The notes: generated by a model from the letters alone, not told the origin. A DNA stretch of 64,000 nt from Candidatus Saccharimonadota bacterium (GCA_029260855.1 JAJDCK010000001.1:1705-65704); one strand, 5' to 3'; positions 19,945 to 29,992 are shown, counted from the stretch's first letter. Made by a program: numbers and translations.

Positions 19945-21227
19945 TATTTATCACTGTCTCGATGAAATTGCTTTGATTTTTTACTCAGCCAATCTGGTGT
20001 TTGACGTACAAGCTGTTTTTCGTCCTTCGGATCTGCCAGAAAATATTTAATAGCTTCTTCCGCATATACTCCGTTCTGCGAACCTTTGGCTAAGATAACC
20101 GCGCCGGGCTTTATAGCCTTTTTTATAAACTCGCCCGCCTCATATGGGCTATTAAAACGCTCTACCTTGCAGCCGCGTTTTTCTGCCGCTTCTGCAAGGT
20201 AACGATTAGCGTCAGGCCCGAGCGTAATAACTACATCTAATTTGTTAGGGTCACAATATTCGCCTACTTCGGCGTGGGCTCGTGCTGAATAATCACCCAG
20301 TTCGTTCATATTACCAAGAAGCGCTATTCGTTGAGGCGCGTCCGATTTATAAAGCGCGTCTAAAGCTGCTTTTACCGCGACAGGGCTTGCATTGTAGGTA
20401 TCATCAATTATAAGAGATTCGCTCAGGCCTTTAAGAAGTTTCATGCGGCCATTAAAGGCTTGTAATTGACCGATGCCTTCTATTATTTTAACCGCCGGGA
20501 TGCCAAGCTGATGTGCTACAGCTGAGGCCGCACATACAGAATAGAGCTCAACGTCAGCAACCCCCTTATACTGCGCACTAAGGCTTTGTCCATTGGCAAT
20601 AGTGATACTGATATCGTATTGGTTATCTTCAAAACTGTTGATAGTCGTACGGTAGTCGGCCAGCTCTTTGATAGAGTATGTGTAATATTCTTTATTAATT
20701 TCATCAATGTATTTTTGTGCACACAGATCTTTGTTGACCAACAGCACTTTAGAAAACGTCTGGGCAATTAGCTCTTCGCGCGCAACAGCGTCCAAATCTG
20801 CAAAAAACTCCATGTGCTCGGGCGTAATGGCCGTAATTACTAGCAGGTCTATTGATAAGTATTTAGAAAATTTCTGGATTTGACCAGGCGCATCGGTTCC
20901 TAGCTCTAAAACTACTACATCATAAGGGTATTCACCATAAATCTTTTTTTCGTTTGAGAGAATAGTTCTTAACCACGCCAGGGGACTAAACAAGCTAGGA
21001 ATGGGTTTATTGAAGAAGATCAGTGGTACGCTGACAATATCATTATAATTCCCATCTTGGTAACAAACTCTTTTATCGGTGGCCAAAAGCTTGGCAATAG
21101 CTCGTTTTGTGCTTGTTTTACCAATACTTCCCGTAACCGCAACAATACTAACAGGATGCTTGCGTACTAAGCGGCGTACTTGCCATCCAAGTATATTGGT
21201 AATTATGGCCTTAAAAGCCTTTTTCAT
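19944..21227 (-). CDS. murF: UDP-MurNAc-tripeptide--D-Ala-D-Ala ligase
   Basis: VTGSIGKTSTK, DDTYNASP, LGNMNELG, AKGS. Confidence 0.9.
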   Translation of the reverse strand: MKKAFKAIITNILGWQVRRLVRKHPVSIVAVTGSIGKTSTKRAIAKLLATDKRVCYQDGNYNDIVSVPLIFFNKPIPSLFSPLAWLRTILSNEKKIYGEYPYDVVVLELGTDAPGQIQKFSKYLSIDLLVITAITPEHMEFFADLDAVAREELIAQTFSKVLLVNKDLCAQKYIDEINKEYYTYSIKELADYRTTINSFEDNQYDISITIANGQSLSAQYKGVADVELYSVCAASAVAHQLGIPAVKIIEGIGQLQAFNGRMKLLKGLSESLIIDDTYNASPVAVKAALDALYKSDAPQRIALLGNMNELGDYSARAHAEVGEYCDPNKLDVVITLGPDANRYLAEAAEKRGCKVERFNSPYEAGEFIKKAIKPGAVILAKGSQNGVYAEEAIKYFLADPKDEKQLVRQTPDWLSKKSKQFHRDSDK

Positions 21228-21268
21228 CTTTAAAATTATAGGCGACAGGCTGATGAAATACTAATTAC

Positions 21269-22402
21269 TTAAAGCTCTTGCTCGTGGGTGGATAAAGAAT
21301 TTTGAAGTAGAGCGTTATTCGTTCTCACGCCTTTCAGTATGGCCCCGTAAAGCTCCCCAATGAGCTCTGTGATCGGACGAGCCCCTTCTGGCTTGCTGAT
21401 ATTGACCTTGTCGTACTGCACATTTATCTCAAAGGTACCTCTTATACTATTGGTCTCTTCGTCCTGTTTTGTAGTGCGACCAGTAAGCTTACTGATAGTT
21501 GTGCTTTTCTTGTCTACCCAGATGGTTAGCGGGGTTATATCACCATCAGCCAGTACATCATGATCAATTACGTGACTCGTGTCGATGCATTTTTTAATGC
21601 TCCTAAATACCGACAGCTCGTCAAGCCCTTCGCTAAACTCCGCTCCCTTGTTGTCATCAATCTCCAGCTCAAATTTTGTGGCAGAGCGACCGTTCACTGT
21701 GTCAGAAGAGACACTCTTAATGGTGACGAACGGGGCTTCATCATAACGACTTTCAAGCAGCTCCAGGTCCTTTTCTGTCATAGCAAACGGGAATATATCA
21801 ACAAGACATCTTGACCCCGCCTGGCTTAGCAGGGCTTCGTCTACTTCAAACCACTGATCTGCCAGTTTGTTGTTAACGAAATCAATCACCGAAACATATT
21901 CTGAGCTAAATAACTGCACCAAACTTTTTATACCATCAAGGTTACCGGTTTTGAGATAAAGGTTTTGCCCAATGCCACGCATCTCGCTCGTGACAGTAAA
22001 ATGGTTCACCGATATAGCAAGCTCAAACCGAAAAGCCCTCGCATCAACGTCAGTCTGACCAACAGTGCTTACCTTTACCGCCACCCTTTCAGCTGAGGGG
22101 TTTATGCTCTCAATGTTAATCACACTCGAAAAATTGCTTTGACGCTGTTTTGCCGTATTTACATAAGCACGCTTGAGTACATTTTCGGGGCGGTTCGGCA
22201 CCACAATGCCATAATATGTGGCCGCCAAGCTTCCGATCAAGAGCAAAGCTGCTATAGCAACAACTCTCTTTAGACTAAGCCCTTTATTTTTGCCCGGTCC
22301 ATTTAACGCTGGTTCGATCGTGGCGGCCGACCTAGCAACATATTGAGCGTCTGGTTGGTCATGATCCTCTACTGTTAATGGAGTTGACTTATCTTCGTCC
22401 AT
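21269..22402 (-). CDS. Hypothetical membrane-anchored exported protein
   Basis: Single N-terminal TM followed by beta-rich region. Confidence 0.7.
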   Translation of the reverse strand: MDEDKSTPLTVEDHDQPDAQYVARSAATIEPALNGPGKNKGLSLKRVVAIAALLLIGSLAATYYGIVVPNRPENVLKRAYVNTAKQRQSNFSSVINIESINPSAERVAVKVSTVGQTDVDARAFRFELAISVNHFTVTSEMRGIGQNLYLKTGNLDGIKSLVQLFSSEYVSVIDFVNNKLADQWFEVDEALLSQAGSRCLVDIFPFAMTEKDLELLESRYDEAPFVTIKSVSSDTVNGRSATKFELEIDDNKGAEFSEGLDELSVFRSIKKCIDTSHVIDHDVLADGDITPLTIWVDKKSTTISKLTGRTTKQDEETNSIRGTFEINVQYDKVNISKPEGARPITELIGELYGAILKGVRTNNALLQNSLSTHEQEL

Positions 22403-22461
22403 TTCAGGCGCTCCTAGGTTAAAGTGGTTGATGAGTCACGCACACAAAAAGCTAAAAATGT

Positions 22462-23367
22462 TTACTGTATATTCTGGAGCCTAGCTTGCAGTTCTTCAAT
22501 CGGTATCGTTTCTTCGGGCAGTGTTATTAAAGTTTCGTGGCCATAGCTGCTATATGCTTCCTGGCGAGCCGAACCAGCAAAAGCTACAGAAACAACCTGC
22601 CTAGAGGGCCCGTCTATCGTCATACTGAACTGAAACGGCTCTGCGTCAACAAAAGACAACGGATCAAGCTGTTCCAGCTGAGTCAGCCCCACGGCACGTG
22701 CGAATTCTTTCAGCATAGCTATATACTTGTCTGACCTCACTGATACATCGTAAGTGTAGTGGCTTCGCCCGCGTATAATCTCGCGCTTAGTTTTAGAGAA
22801 ATCAACCTCGTACACGACTTGATCTTTGATGATGTTTATAATTTCCGCTCGCTTCTCGTGCGGAACAAATCCCACAGGTATCACCCCGAGTACGTTCTCG
22901 CCAAACAACTCGCCGCGTGTTTCGCCGTCTTGCTCTGCTCCCCCGGATTTACCCCAAAAGCCAACTACATCGTTGAAGTCCAACGGCTGTCCGCTCAGGC
23001 CCTTCTGATCTGTATCTATAGAAAGGTAGCGAACAAAGTCTTCCGTAGGCGTGCCAACACTTTGCGTCCTAACAGAGGTCGCCTCCCCTTGCGTTAAGGT
23101 TGTCAACGAGCTGACTTGGGCGTTGTGCCCTGTAACAAGAGAAGATCGCTGCTCAAGCTTTTGAGAACCATTATCTTGCTCAACAAACCTGCCTATGCTG
23201 CGGGTTTTCATGCTATTGTCCAACGCTTTGTAAAACACATTTTCGGGGCTGCTAGCTATGTTCTTCCACCACACCGCCCCAGCTCCAATAAACATAATTA
23301 TGCCTATTAAAAAAAGCGTACGGGCTAGACTTATGCTTGTCCTTGCTTGTTTTGACTCGTTTGCCAT
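22462..23367 (-). CDS. Hypothetical membrane-anchored exported protein
   Basis: Single TM; ATG at 23367 (the track's extension runs through tRNA-Ala). Confidence 0.7.
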   Translation of the reverse strand: MANESKQARTSISLARTLFLIGIIMFIGAGAVWWKNIASSPENVFYKALDNSMKTRSIGRFVEQDNGSQKLEQRSSLVTGHNAQVSSLTTLTQGEATSVRTQSVGTPTEDFVRYLSIDTDQKGLSGQPLDFNDVVGFWGKSGGAEQDGETRGELFGENVLGVIPVGFVPHEKRAEIINIIKDQVVYEVDFSKTKREIIRGRSHYTYDVSVRSDKYIAMLKEFARAVGLTQLEQLDPLSFVDAEPFQFSMTIDGPSRQVVSVAFAGSARQEAYSSYGHETLITLPEETIPIEELQARLQNIQ

Positions 23368-23459
23368 GTCAGTACTATAACATCTACAATTAAAATATTT
23401 GTTTAGAGTGCTGAAAATATAGGAGTTTCGGCTCAAGCACGGCGTATTCCCGCACCTTT

Positions 23460-23536
23460 TGGTGGAGCATAAGGGATTCGAACCCTTGACCTCTTCCATG
23501 CCATGGAAGCGCGCTAGCCAGCTGCGCCAATGCCCC
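23460..23536 (-). tRNA. tRNA-Ala(GGC)
   Basis: GGGGCATTGGCGCAGCTGG...TGGCA...GTTCGAATCC...CTCCACCA cloverleaf with G3-U70. Confidence 0.95.
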
Positions 23537-23610
23537 TTCAAAAAGTGCGGAGGCACATGCAATTATAAATTATTGACGTGTGTCCCCTCAAAAACTCAAC
23601 CGATTATAAC

Positions 23611-23751
23611 AAAAACTACCCTTTATAGGTAGTTCTTGGTTTCGTGCGCGCCCACCCGGCGGCGGGTGGTTTTGTTTTGATTTTTGTTTCACGCGGCCGC
23701 CATGGACGCACGAGATACTTTTACCATAAGATTTATAAATCAACTTGTCAA
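23611..23751 (-). ncRNA. Candidate small structured RNA with own promoter and terminator
   Basis: TTGACA-N17-TATGGT; closing stem UCGUGCG/CGCACGA; hairpin CCACCC/GGGUGG; terminator CUACC/GGUAG+U5. Confidence 0.5.
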
Positions 23752-23764
23752 CCCAATTGTTTGG

Positions 23765-24499
23765 CTAGTTGCGCATCCTCCCTTCTAGAGGCTCGCTACG
23801 CTCATTTTCTAACGGCATAACGTAGATCGTGAGGCTTATGGCAAATATAACTGCGAAACCGCACATGATACTAGGCAGGCCCATTGCAGTGTGTGGCCAC
23901 AGTAAGTTAATAGTGCTCGTTGGTATAATAAATGCAGCGTAGCTTAAAATCTGGGCTTTCAGAGCCTTGCGGACAGAAAGCTTTGCTTTGCGCGCAAAGC
24001 TAGAAGCAAAATACATAGTCACAAACAGCCAGATATAATAATGAATAAAAAACAGCCCACCAATAGGTGGCTGCAGCTGAAATATTACGTAATTACCCCC
24101 GCATGTATACCCTGTAAATGCTTGTGGGCTCAGCATAAATAGCCCCAGCCACAGGGCGCTGGTAGTATAAGCCAAAACCGTTATGCGACCCATCGGTTTC
24201 TTGGCAATCGCATGCGTCAAATGAAGTCCAAGCGACGGCAGCACTGTAATTGCAGCATATCCTATCCGCGACCAAGTTGGTGCGTTTACGCCCAGGCCAC
24301 CGCATACGAAGTATTCGGCTAGTTGAAAGGTTGCCAAACACACCAACAAGGTCGCGACCAGCCTTGTTACGCGACTCATCCTATATTTGAGCAACACGTA
24401 AGCGGCCATTCCAAGCTCAAGTAAAAAGGTCGCCATCATAACCGGTGGCGAAAAGCAGTATAGTTTGTTTGTTTTTTGTTTCACGATCAGCCTTGGCAC
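23765..24499 (-). CDS. Seven-TM membrane protein (HisKA_7TM-like)
   Basis: About seven hydrophobic segments. Confidence 0.65.
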   Translation of the reverse strand: MPRLIVKQKTNKLYCFSPPVMMATFLLELGMAAYVLLKYRMSRVTRLVATLLVCLATFQLAEYFVCGGLGVNAPTWSRIGYAAITVLPSLGLHLTHAIAKKPMGRITVLAYTTSALWLGLFMLSPQAFTGYTCGGNYVIFQLQPPIGGLFFIHYYIWLFVTMYFASSFARKAKLSVRKALKAQILSYAAFIIPTSTINLLWPHTAMGLPSIMCGFAVIFAISLTIYVMPLENERSEPLEGRMRN

Positions 24500-24532
24500 T
24501 ATATTAACAGGCTTAATGTGAGTTGTGAAAAC

Positions 24533-26557
24533 TTAATTCAGCAAGCCTAGTAGTTGCTTTTCGTGTATAACGTGCGTACCAAACTTTTCAGCTCTAGCAA
24601 GTTTATTGGCGCCGACGTTAGCGCCCACCACTAAATAGTCCGTATCTTTGCCTAGGGATGACTGGAAGGTACCACCAAGGGCACGAATCCTTTCGGCTGC
24701 TTCTTCACGGCTCATGGACTCTAAGGAACCGGTAACTACAAATCTTTTCCCAGAAAGCTTGCCGCCGACCGTCTTAACATCTTGGGGCCACACACCAAGG
24801 CTGCGGAACTTGGCCAAAATACGCTGATTGTCATCATCCTCAAACCAAAACAGGATAGATTCGGCCACAATATCTCCGACACCTTCTACCTCCCTCAAGT
24901 CATTAAACGTAGCGTTGCCGAGGGTGTCTAAGCGTTTAAATCGATTAGCTAGATCTACTGCGGTTTGTACGCCCACATGCCTTATACCTAATCCGTACAA
25001 AAATCTGGCTAGCGGCGGGGTTTTTTGGGATTGTATGGCGTTAACCAGTTTTGTGGCCGATATTTCTGCAAAACGGTCCAGTCCTAGCAAATCTTCTTTT
25101 TTAAGTTCATATATATCCGCCGTGTCATTTATTAGACCAGAGTTGAGTAGTGCTATAACGTTCTTCTCGCCCAAGCCTTCTATATCAAGTGCCGCTTTGC
25201 TGGCGTAGTGCTGAATCCTCTTCCAGACGCGTGAAGGACAGCTGTTGTTCGGGCAGCGCCAGACAGCTTCGTCAGCCTTTAACTTTACCAGTCTAGTGCT
25301 GCATTCCGGGCAGTCCAAAGGCATCGTGAACTCTTTTTCCGTACCGGTGCGCAGTCTTAGTAAAGGCTCGATAACTTCGGGTATTATGTCTCCCGCCTTA
25401 TGGATAATCACCGTGTCGCCAACACGAATGTCCTTGCGTTTTACTTCGCTTTCGTTATGCAGGGTAGCCATCTGCACAGTGCTTCCGGCAACTAAAACGG
25501 GCTCCAATATAGCTACAGGCGTGGCCGACCCGGTACGGCCGATTGATATGAATATGTCTTTGACTTTTGTGGTCGCCTGTTCGGCTGGATATTTGTAAGC
25601 TGCAGCGCCACGCGGGGCCTTACCTACCACACCTAACCTGGCGTAAAGCAAACGATCGTTCACTTTTATAACCAGCCCATCAGTATTAAACGGCAGCTTG
25701 GCTCGCTTTTCTTCCCATTGATTTGCAAAATCCAGAATGTCTTTGCTGTCTTTTGCAAGCTTTGTTTCTGAATTTGCCTGTAGACCCAACTCACGTATAG
25801 CCTTGTATGCAAAATTATTAGTCACCACCTCACCGGGATCGTCGCGCAGTATGTCATACGAGTGAAAATGCAGCGGCCTTTCCGCAACTAGATTAGGGTT
25901 GAGCTGTCTTATTGTACCGGCGGCCGTGTTGCGAGGATTAGCAAATAATGGCTGTCCACTGGCGGCACGGGATTCGTTTAGTCTGGAAAAGTCTTTTTTA
26001 TACATGACTATTTCACCGCGAATTTCAGTGCGTCCTTTTAAAAATTTTTCGTACCCTGCGGCCTTACGCAGTCTGAGCGGCACCGACTCAATAGTTCGCA
26101 CATTAGCCGTTACGTCCTCACCAACCCGCCCATCGCCGCGAGTAACCGCACTAGTCAATATTCCATCTTCATAAACCAGCGCTGCCGCGAACCCGTCCAT
26201 CTTTAAGTCCATAAAATACTCCAGCCTAACGCTTGGCGGCAAAAATTTTTTAATCCGTTTAATCCACGCTTCTAGCTCGATTTGGTTAAACACATCGTTA
26301 AGACTGAGCATAGGTATACGATGCCCGATTGTTCGAAACCCTGAAATGGGCTCACCCGCCACCCTCTGGGTTGGCGAGTCCGGGGTTATTAGATCCGGGT
26401 ACTGGTCTTCAAGCTGGGTCAGCTCATGCTTAAGACTGTCGGCCGCCGCCTCGCTCATGACCGATTCGTCAAGCACGTGGTAGTGATACCTGTAGTCAGA
26501 TATTAGTTCGCGTAGTTTTTTAATACGCTCAGCTGCTTTTAGTTTATCGTTTTTCAT
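24533..26557 (-). CDS. ligA: NAD-dependent DNA ligase
   Basis: SPTQRV, KMDG, TRGDG, Cys4 zinc finger, BRCT domain. Confidence 0.97.
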   Translation of the reverse strand: MKNDKLKAAERIKKLRELISDYRYHYHVLDESVMSEAAADSLKHELTQLEDQYPDLITPDSPTQRVAGEPISGFRTIGHRIPMLSLNDVFNQIELEAWIKRIKKFLPPSVRLEYFMDLKMDGFAAALVYEDGILTSAVTRGDGRVGEDVTANVRTIESVPLRLRKAAGYEKFLKGRTEIRGEIVMYKKDFSRLNESRAASGQPLFANPRNTAAGTIRQLNPNLVAERPLHFHSYDILRDDPGEVVTNNFAYKAIRELGLQANSETKLAKDSKDILDFANQWEEKRAKLPFNTDGLVIKVNDRLLYARLGVVGKAPRGAAAYKYPAEQATTKVKDIFISIGRTGSATPVAILEPVLVAGSTVQMATLHNESEVKRKDIRVGDTVIIHKAGDIIPEVIEPLLRLRTGTEKEFTMPLDCPECSTRLVKLKADEAVWRCPNNSCPSRVWKRIQHYASKAALDIEGLGEKNVIALLNSGLINDTADIYELKKEDLLGLDRFAEISATKLVNAIQSQKTPPLARFLYGLGIRHVGVQTAVDLANRFKRLDTLGNATFNDLREVEGVGDIVAESILFWFEDDDNQRILAKFRSLGVWPQDVKTVGGKLSGKRFVVTGSLESMSREEAAERIRALGGTFQSSLGKDTDYLVVGANVGANKLARAEKFGTHVIHEKQLLGLLN

Positions 26558-27521
26558 GCGGTAGAAGTTCCCTGTAAAAACCATACATATAGCTGTGCAC
26601 TACAGCCAGACTAAGCATGGTTAAAACAAAAAAAGTCCATTCGGCAACAGGCGTCACATACAAGATTAGGGGGACCATGATTATCGCGGCCAGTAGCACT
26701 AAAATCACAGGCAAAAATATGACCTTTCTCATAGCCGACCATCGACGATGGCGGACTAGCCCCCTAGCCGAGCGAAGTGCTTGCATAGGGCGCATATCCG
26801 GTAGGGTCACTACGTACAGCGCAAAAATCGACGAGCTAATCATATAGAGAGACAAGAGCCCTGTCATGCCTAGCAGTAACTGCCAAACAACTTTTTCGCC
26901 AAGATTAATAGCCAAACCATTTCCTACGACCAATCCATATATTGTCGTACCGATTACGAGCGGTATTAGCTGCAAACCAATCACCAACATAACAATAATA
27001 AAAGGTATGAGCGGTGACATGCCGTTATAAAATGCATCGCGAATGCCTACCTTGCTGTTAGCGTGCGCTTGCCGAAGCGCCCATATTAAAGCCAGACTAA
27101 TTATTACGAGTAGCATTGATTGGTATATTGACGCCGTTTCACTCTCTACATTACCGGACGATGTGGCTAGAAAACCAAATATAGCAACGCTCGTGATAAG
27201 TTTGCCGTCACCGTCCGTAAGGGCCTCTTCCAGAGCTGACTTTATAGCTGGTAGGTTATTGCTTACCCCTAAGCCTTTTACTAGCATTATAGTCAATAAG
27301 AGATAGATGAGCATGATCCCAAAAAAAAGTTTTTTGTTAGCTACAAGTCGCCTGATCGCCGTTTTAAATAGTTTAAATGAGCTGGGTAGAGGGGGTCCCG
27401 GGTGCTTGATACGCTTACTTAAACGGAACGAACTATAGGTTGGTGGCCGGATCTTTCGCGATGATTTATTGGCTGCTATGGGAGCCTTTTTGGGGGGTAT
27501 TTTTTTGCTAGTTTTAGACAT
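26544..27521 (-). CDS. Hypothetical multi-pass membrane protein
   Basis: Basic N-terminus, then several TM segments. Confidence 0.7.
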   Translation of the reverse strand: MSKTSKKIPPKKAPIAANKSSRKIRPPTYSSFRLSKRIKHPGPPLPSSFKLFKTAIRRLVANKKLFFGIMLIYLLLTIMLVKGLGVSNNLPAIKSALEEALTDGDGKLITSVAIFGFLATSSGNVESETASIYQSMLLVIISLALIWALRQAHANSKVGIRDAFYNGMSPLIPFIIVMLVIGLQLIPLVIGTTIYGLVVGNGLAINLGEKVVWQLLLGMTGLLSLYMISSSIFALYVVTLPDMRPMQALRSARGLVRHRRWSAMRKVIFLPVILVLLAAIIMVPLILYVTPVAEWTFFVLTMLSLAVVHSYMYGFYRELLPHEKR

Positions 27522-27522
27522 T

Positions 27523-28401
27523 TTAGGCTCCACGCCCCATGTCTCGTAGGGCCTTAACTCGCTGCTCTATAGGTGGGTGGGTGCTGAATAAACTCGCCAG
27601 CGCTCGGCCTTTAAGAGGATTTGCAAAAAACAAATGGGCCGTAGAGGCGTTTTGGCGTTGCAGCCTACTACCTTGTGTGCCGATTTTTTCTAAGGCGCTA
27701 GCCAATCCCTCGGGGTAACGTGTCATCAAGGCTCCGCTGGCATCGGCCAAATACTCACGGCGCCTGGAAATCGCGAGCTGTATCAGTGTTGCAACAATTG
27801 GAGCCAAGACCGCCCCGACTATGCCTAAGACAAAAAAGACCTGGCTACTGTTGTTTTCGCCATCACGGTCCCTAAACCAGGTCATCCGCAGCATTATGTC
27901 GGCAAGTATGGAGATCACCGCTACTAACGCAAATACTACAAGCGACACCCTTATGTCGTAGTTCTTGATATGGCCCAGTTCATGAGCCATAACACCTTCC
28001 AGCTCTTGGTCGGTCGTTGCGTTAAGCAGCCCCGTAGTCACACCAACCACGGAATGGTTTGGGTCCCTTCCGGTTGCAAATGCATTCAATGCACGATCTT
28101 CAATGACATAAATCTTCGGCATCGGCAAGCCTTCTGTAATAGCCAGGTTCTCTACGATACGCCAGAGCCTTGGGTCGTCGCTTTTTTTAATCTCATGCGC
28201 TCCGTTCAAGCCAAGCGCCATCTTAGTGCCGGCTAAGTAACTGATAAGCGCATATATAGCCGCGCCAACCAGCACAAACGGCGTAATCGCCGGTTGGCCT
28301 GCATACTCGCCGAACAACCACCCCAGGCCAGCTACCATCGCCACGAACAGAGCCATCATCAGTACAGTCTTCCGCTTATTGGCAGCAATTTGTGAATACA
28401 T
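27523..28401 (-). CDS. htpX: M48 zinc metalloprotease HtpX
   Basis: NAFATG, HELGH, SRRREYLAD, STHPP. Confidence 0.93.
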   Translation of the reverse strand: MYSQIAANKRKTVLMMALFVAMVAGLGWLFGEYAGQPAITPFVLVGAAIYALISYLAGTKMALGLNGAHEIKKSDDPRLWRIVENLAITEGLPMPKIYVIEDRALNAFATGRDPNHSVVGVTTGLLNATTDQELEGVMAHELGHIKNYDIRVSLVVFALVAVISILADIMLRMTWFRDRDGENNSSQVFFVLGIVGAVLAPIVATLIQLAISRRREYLADASGALMTRYPEGLASALEKIGTQGSRLQRQNASTAHLFFANPLKGRALASLFSTHPPIEQRVKALRDMGRGA

Positions 28402-28419
28402 CTTAGCCCCGGTGTTTGA

Positions 28420-28977
28420 CTAAAATTTAACTGTCGTAGGGTTAGCAATATTGGCTGATTCGGTTTCATCCACCTCAAAGAATTCGCGTTCCTTGAAACC
28501 CATCGTGCCAGCAAAAATATTTGTAGGGAATGTTTGAGCTTTTATGTTAAGGTCACGAGCTGAACCGTTATAAAAGCGCCTGGCAGCCTGAACCTTATCT
28601 TCGGTATCTACCAGCTCTTCTTGCAAGTGCTTAAAGTTCTCGTTGGCTTTGAGGTCAGGATAAGCCTCGGCTACAGCAAAGATGCTTTTCATGGCTGACT
28701 GAAACATATTGTCAGCCTTAGCTGCTTCGTGTGGCGTCTGTGCTCCCAGCATACTGGCGCGCGCTTTGGTAACACTTTCAAACGCTTCTTTCTCGTGTGT
28801 GGCGTAACCCTTGACGGTTTCAACTAGGTTAGGCACCAAGTCGGCCCGGCGCTTTAGCTGGACCGTGATATCGCTCCACGCTTCGTTTACACGCACATTA
28901 GCGCGGACCAAACCGTTATACATTGCAATTAAGCCAATTATTACAACCGCGACAATTATCAAAATAATAGTTAACAC
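28420..28977 (-). CDS. lemA: LemA family protein
   Basis: QLKRRADLVPNLV, EAYPDLKAN, ARRFYN. Confidence 0.93.
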   Translation of the reverse strand: MLTIILIIVAVVIIGLIAMYNGLVRANVRVNEAWSDITVQLKRRADLVPNLVETVKGYATHEKEAFESVTKARASMLGAQTPHEAAKADNMFQSAMKSIFAVAEAYPDLKANENFKHLQEELVDTEDKVQAARRFYNGSARDLNIKAQTFPTNIFAGTMGFKEREFFEVDETESANIANPTTVKF

Positions 28978-29112
28978 TGCAGTTCCCCCTTTATGCTAGT
29001 ACCTTAATTATAACACTGCTACGCTTAAAATATTCATACAATTATGCCGCAAAGATGTGCTCTGTTCGCAGACAAGAAAAAAGCCCTATCCATTTAGATA
29101 GAACCTTTTTCG

Positions 29113-29198
29113 TGGTGGGCGAGGAGGGACTCGAACCCTCAAGACTTTTGGTCAGCGGATTTTAAGTCCACCGCGTATACCAATTCCGCCACTCGCCC
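29113..29198 (-). tRNA. tRNA-Leu(TAA)
   Basis: GGGCGAGTGGCGGAATTGGTATACGC..CTTAAAA..long variable arm..GTTCGAGTCC..CCCACCA. Confidence 0.93.
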
Positions 29199-29346
29199 GG
29201 CGTGGATAAGGACGCAGTCATTATACAGGACGGGCACAGGGGTCCCCAAGCCGAGAGGATTCGACTTGGGGTAAAGCGAGGCTGTGCACGGAAGCTGGAA
29301 GTAAAAAGCTTCCGGTTTTTACGGAAGCTGAAGCTGCACAATGAGC

Positions 29347-29420
29347 TGGAGGCGCGTACCGGAATCGCACCGGTGTACAGGGTTTTGCAGACCCTTGCCT
29401 AACTACTCGGCCAACGCGCC
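29347..29420 (-). tRNA. tRNA-Cys(GCA)
   Basis: GGCGCGT...CTGCAAA...ACGCGCCTCCA; U73 discriminator; atypical T-loop TGCGATT. Confidence 0.9.
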
Positions 29421-29578
29421 ATCACGAAATCCCTACCATTCTACCAGACTACCATCGCTGCACAGTAATAGTGTGTCTGGATTTTCGCGTAATCCGAGCA
29501 GTTGTAAGTCTTGTAGAATGCGATATAATACAAACTAAGTAAACATAAGTACCGTCAAAATAGGTCTGGTTAATAAAA

Positions 29579-29935
29579 ATGACAGAGGGGTTGACAGGGC
29601 GCACAGGAAGCGAAAAGATGAGCAGTAACGAGTGGTTGCAGCTTTATGAAGCGGCGGTTGACGATTTACGCAGCGCGAACGTCGATATTGCCTCTAGCTT
29701 TTTGAACGGCCGTCAACCGGGCCAATACCCACTCTCTACACTACTTATTGCCCAAGCTAGGGCCGACAATGCGGGAGCAATGTTAGATTGTCTTTTGGCT
29801 GATTGGCCCGAGTTTGCCGCAAGGGTTAACGAGCCTCTAGAGCAAAAGGCTAGCAAAGAAGTTGCTGATGATTCGCAGCGGCTTTTACGCCCTACCTTTG
29901 TTCAAAAGATCGCTAATTTTTTAAGCACATCCTAG
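29579..29935 (+). CDS. Hypothetical protein
   Basis: 118-aa ORF with TATAAT upstream. Confidence 0.5.
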   Translation: MTEGLTGRTGSEKMSSNEWLQLYEAAVDDLRSANVDIASSFLNGRQPGQYPLSTLLIAQARADNAGAMLDCLLADWPEFAARVNEPLEQKASKEVADDSQRLLRPTFVQKIANFLSTS

Positions 29936-29992
29936 GTAAACGAATCAGTCTTAAGCTTGCCCGCACTTTCGTGACCGAGCTTTATGTGTGAG

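Noticed and set aside
23368..23562. N-terminal extension of ORF 22462..23562
   Set aside because: Runs through tRNA-Ala; the real start is most likely the ATG at 23367
29202..29538. Short plus-strand ORFs over the tRNA-Cys region and at 39214..39477
   Set aside because: Antisense to tRNA genes and palindromic repeats; no coding evidence
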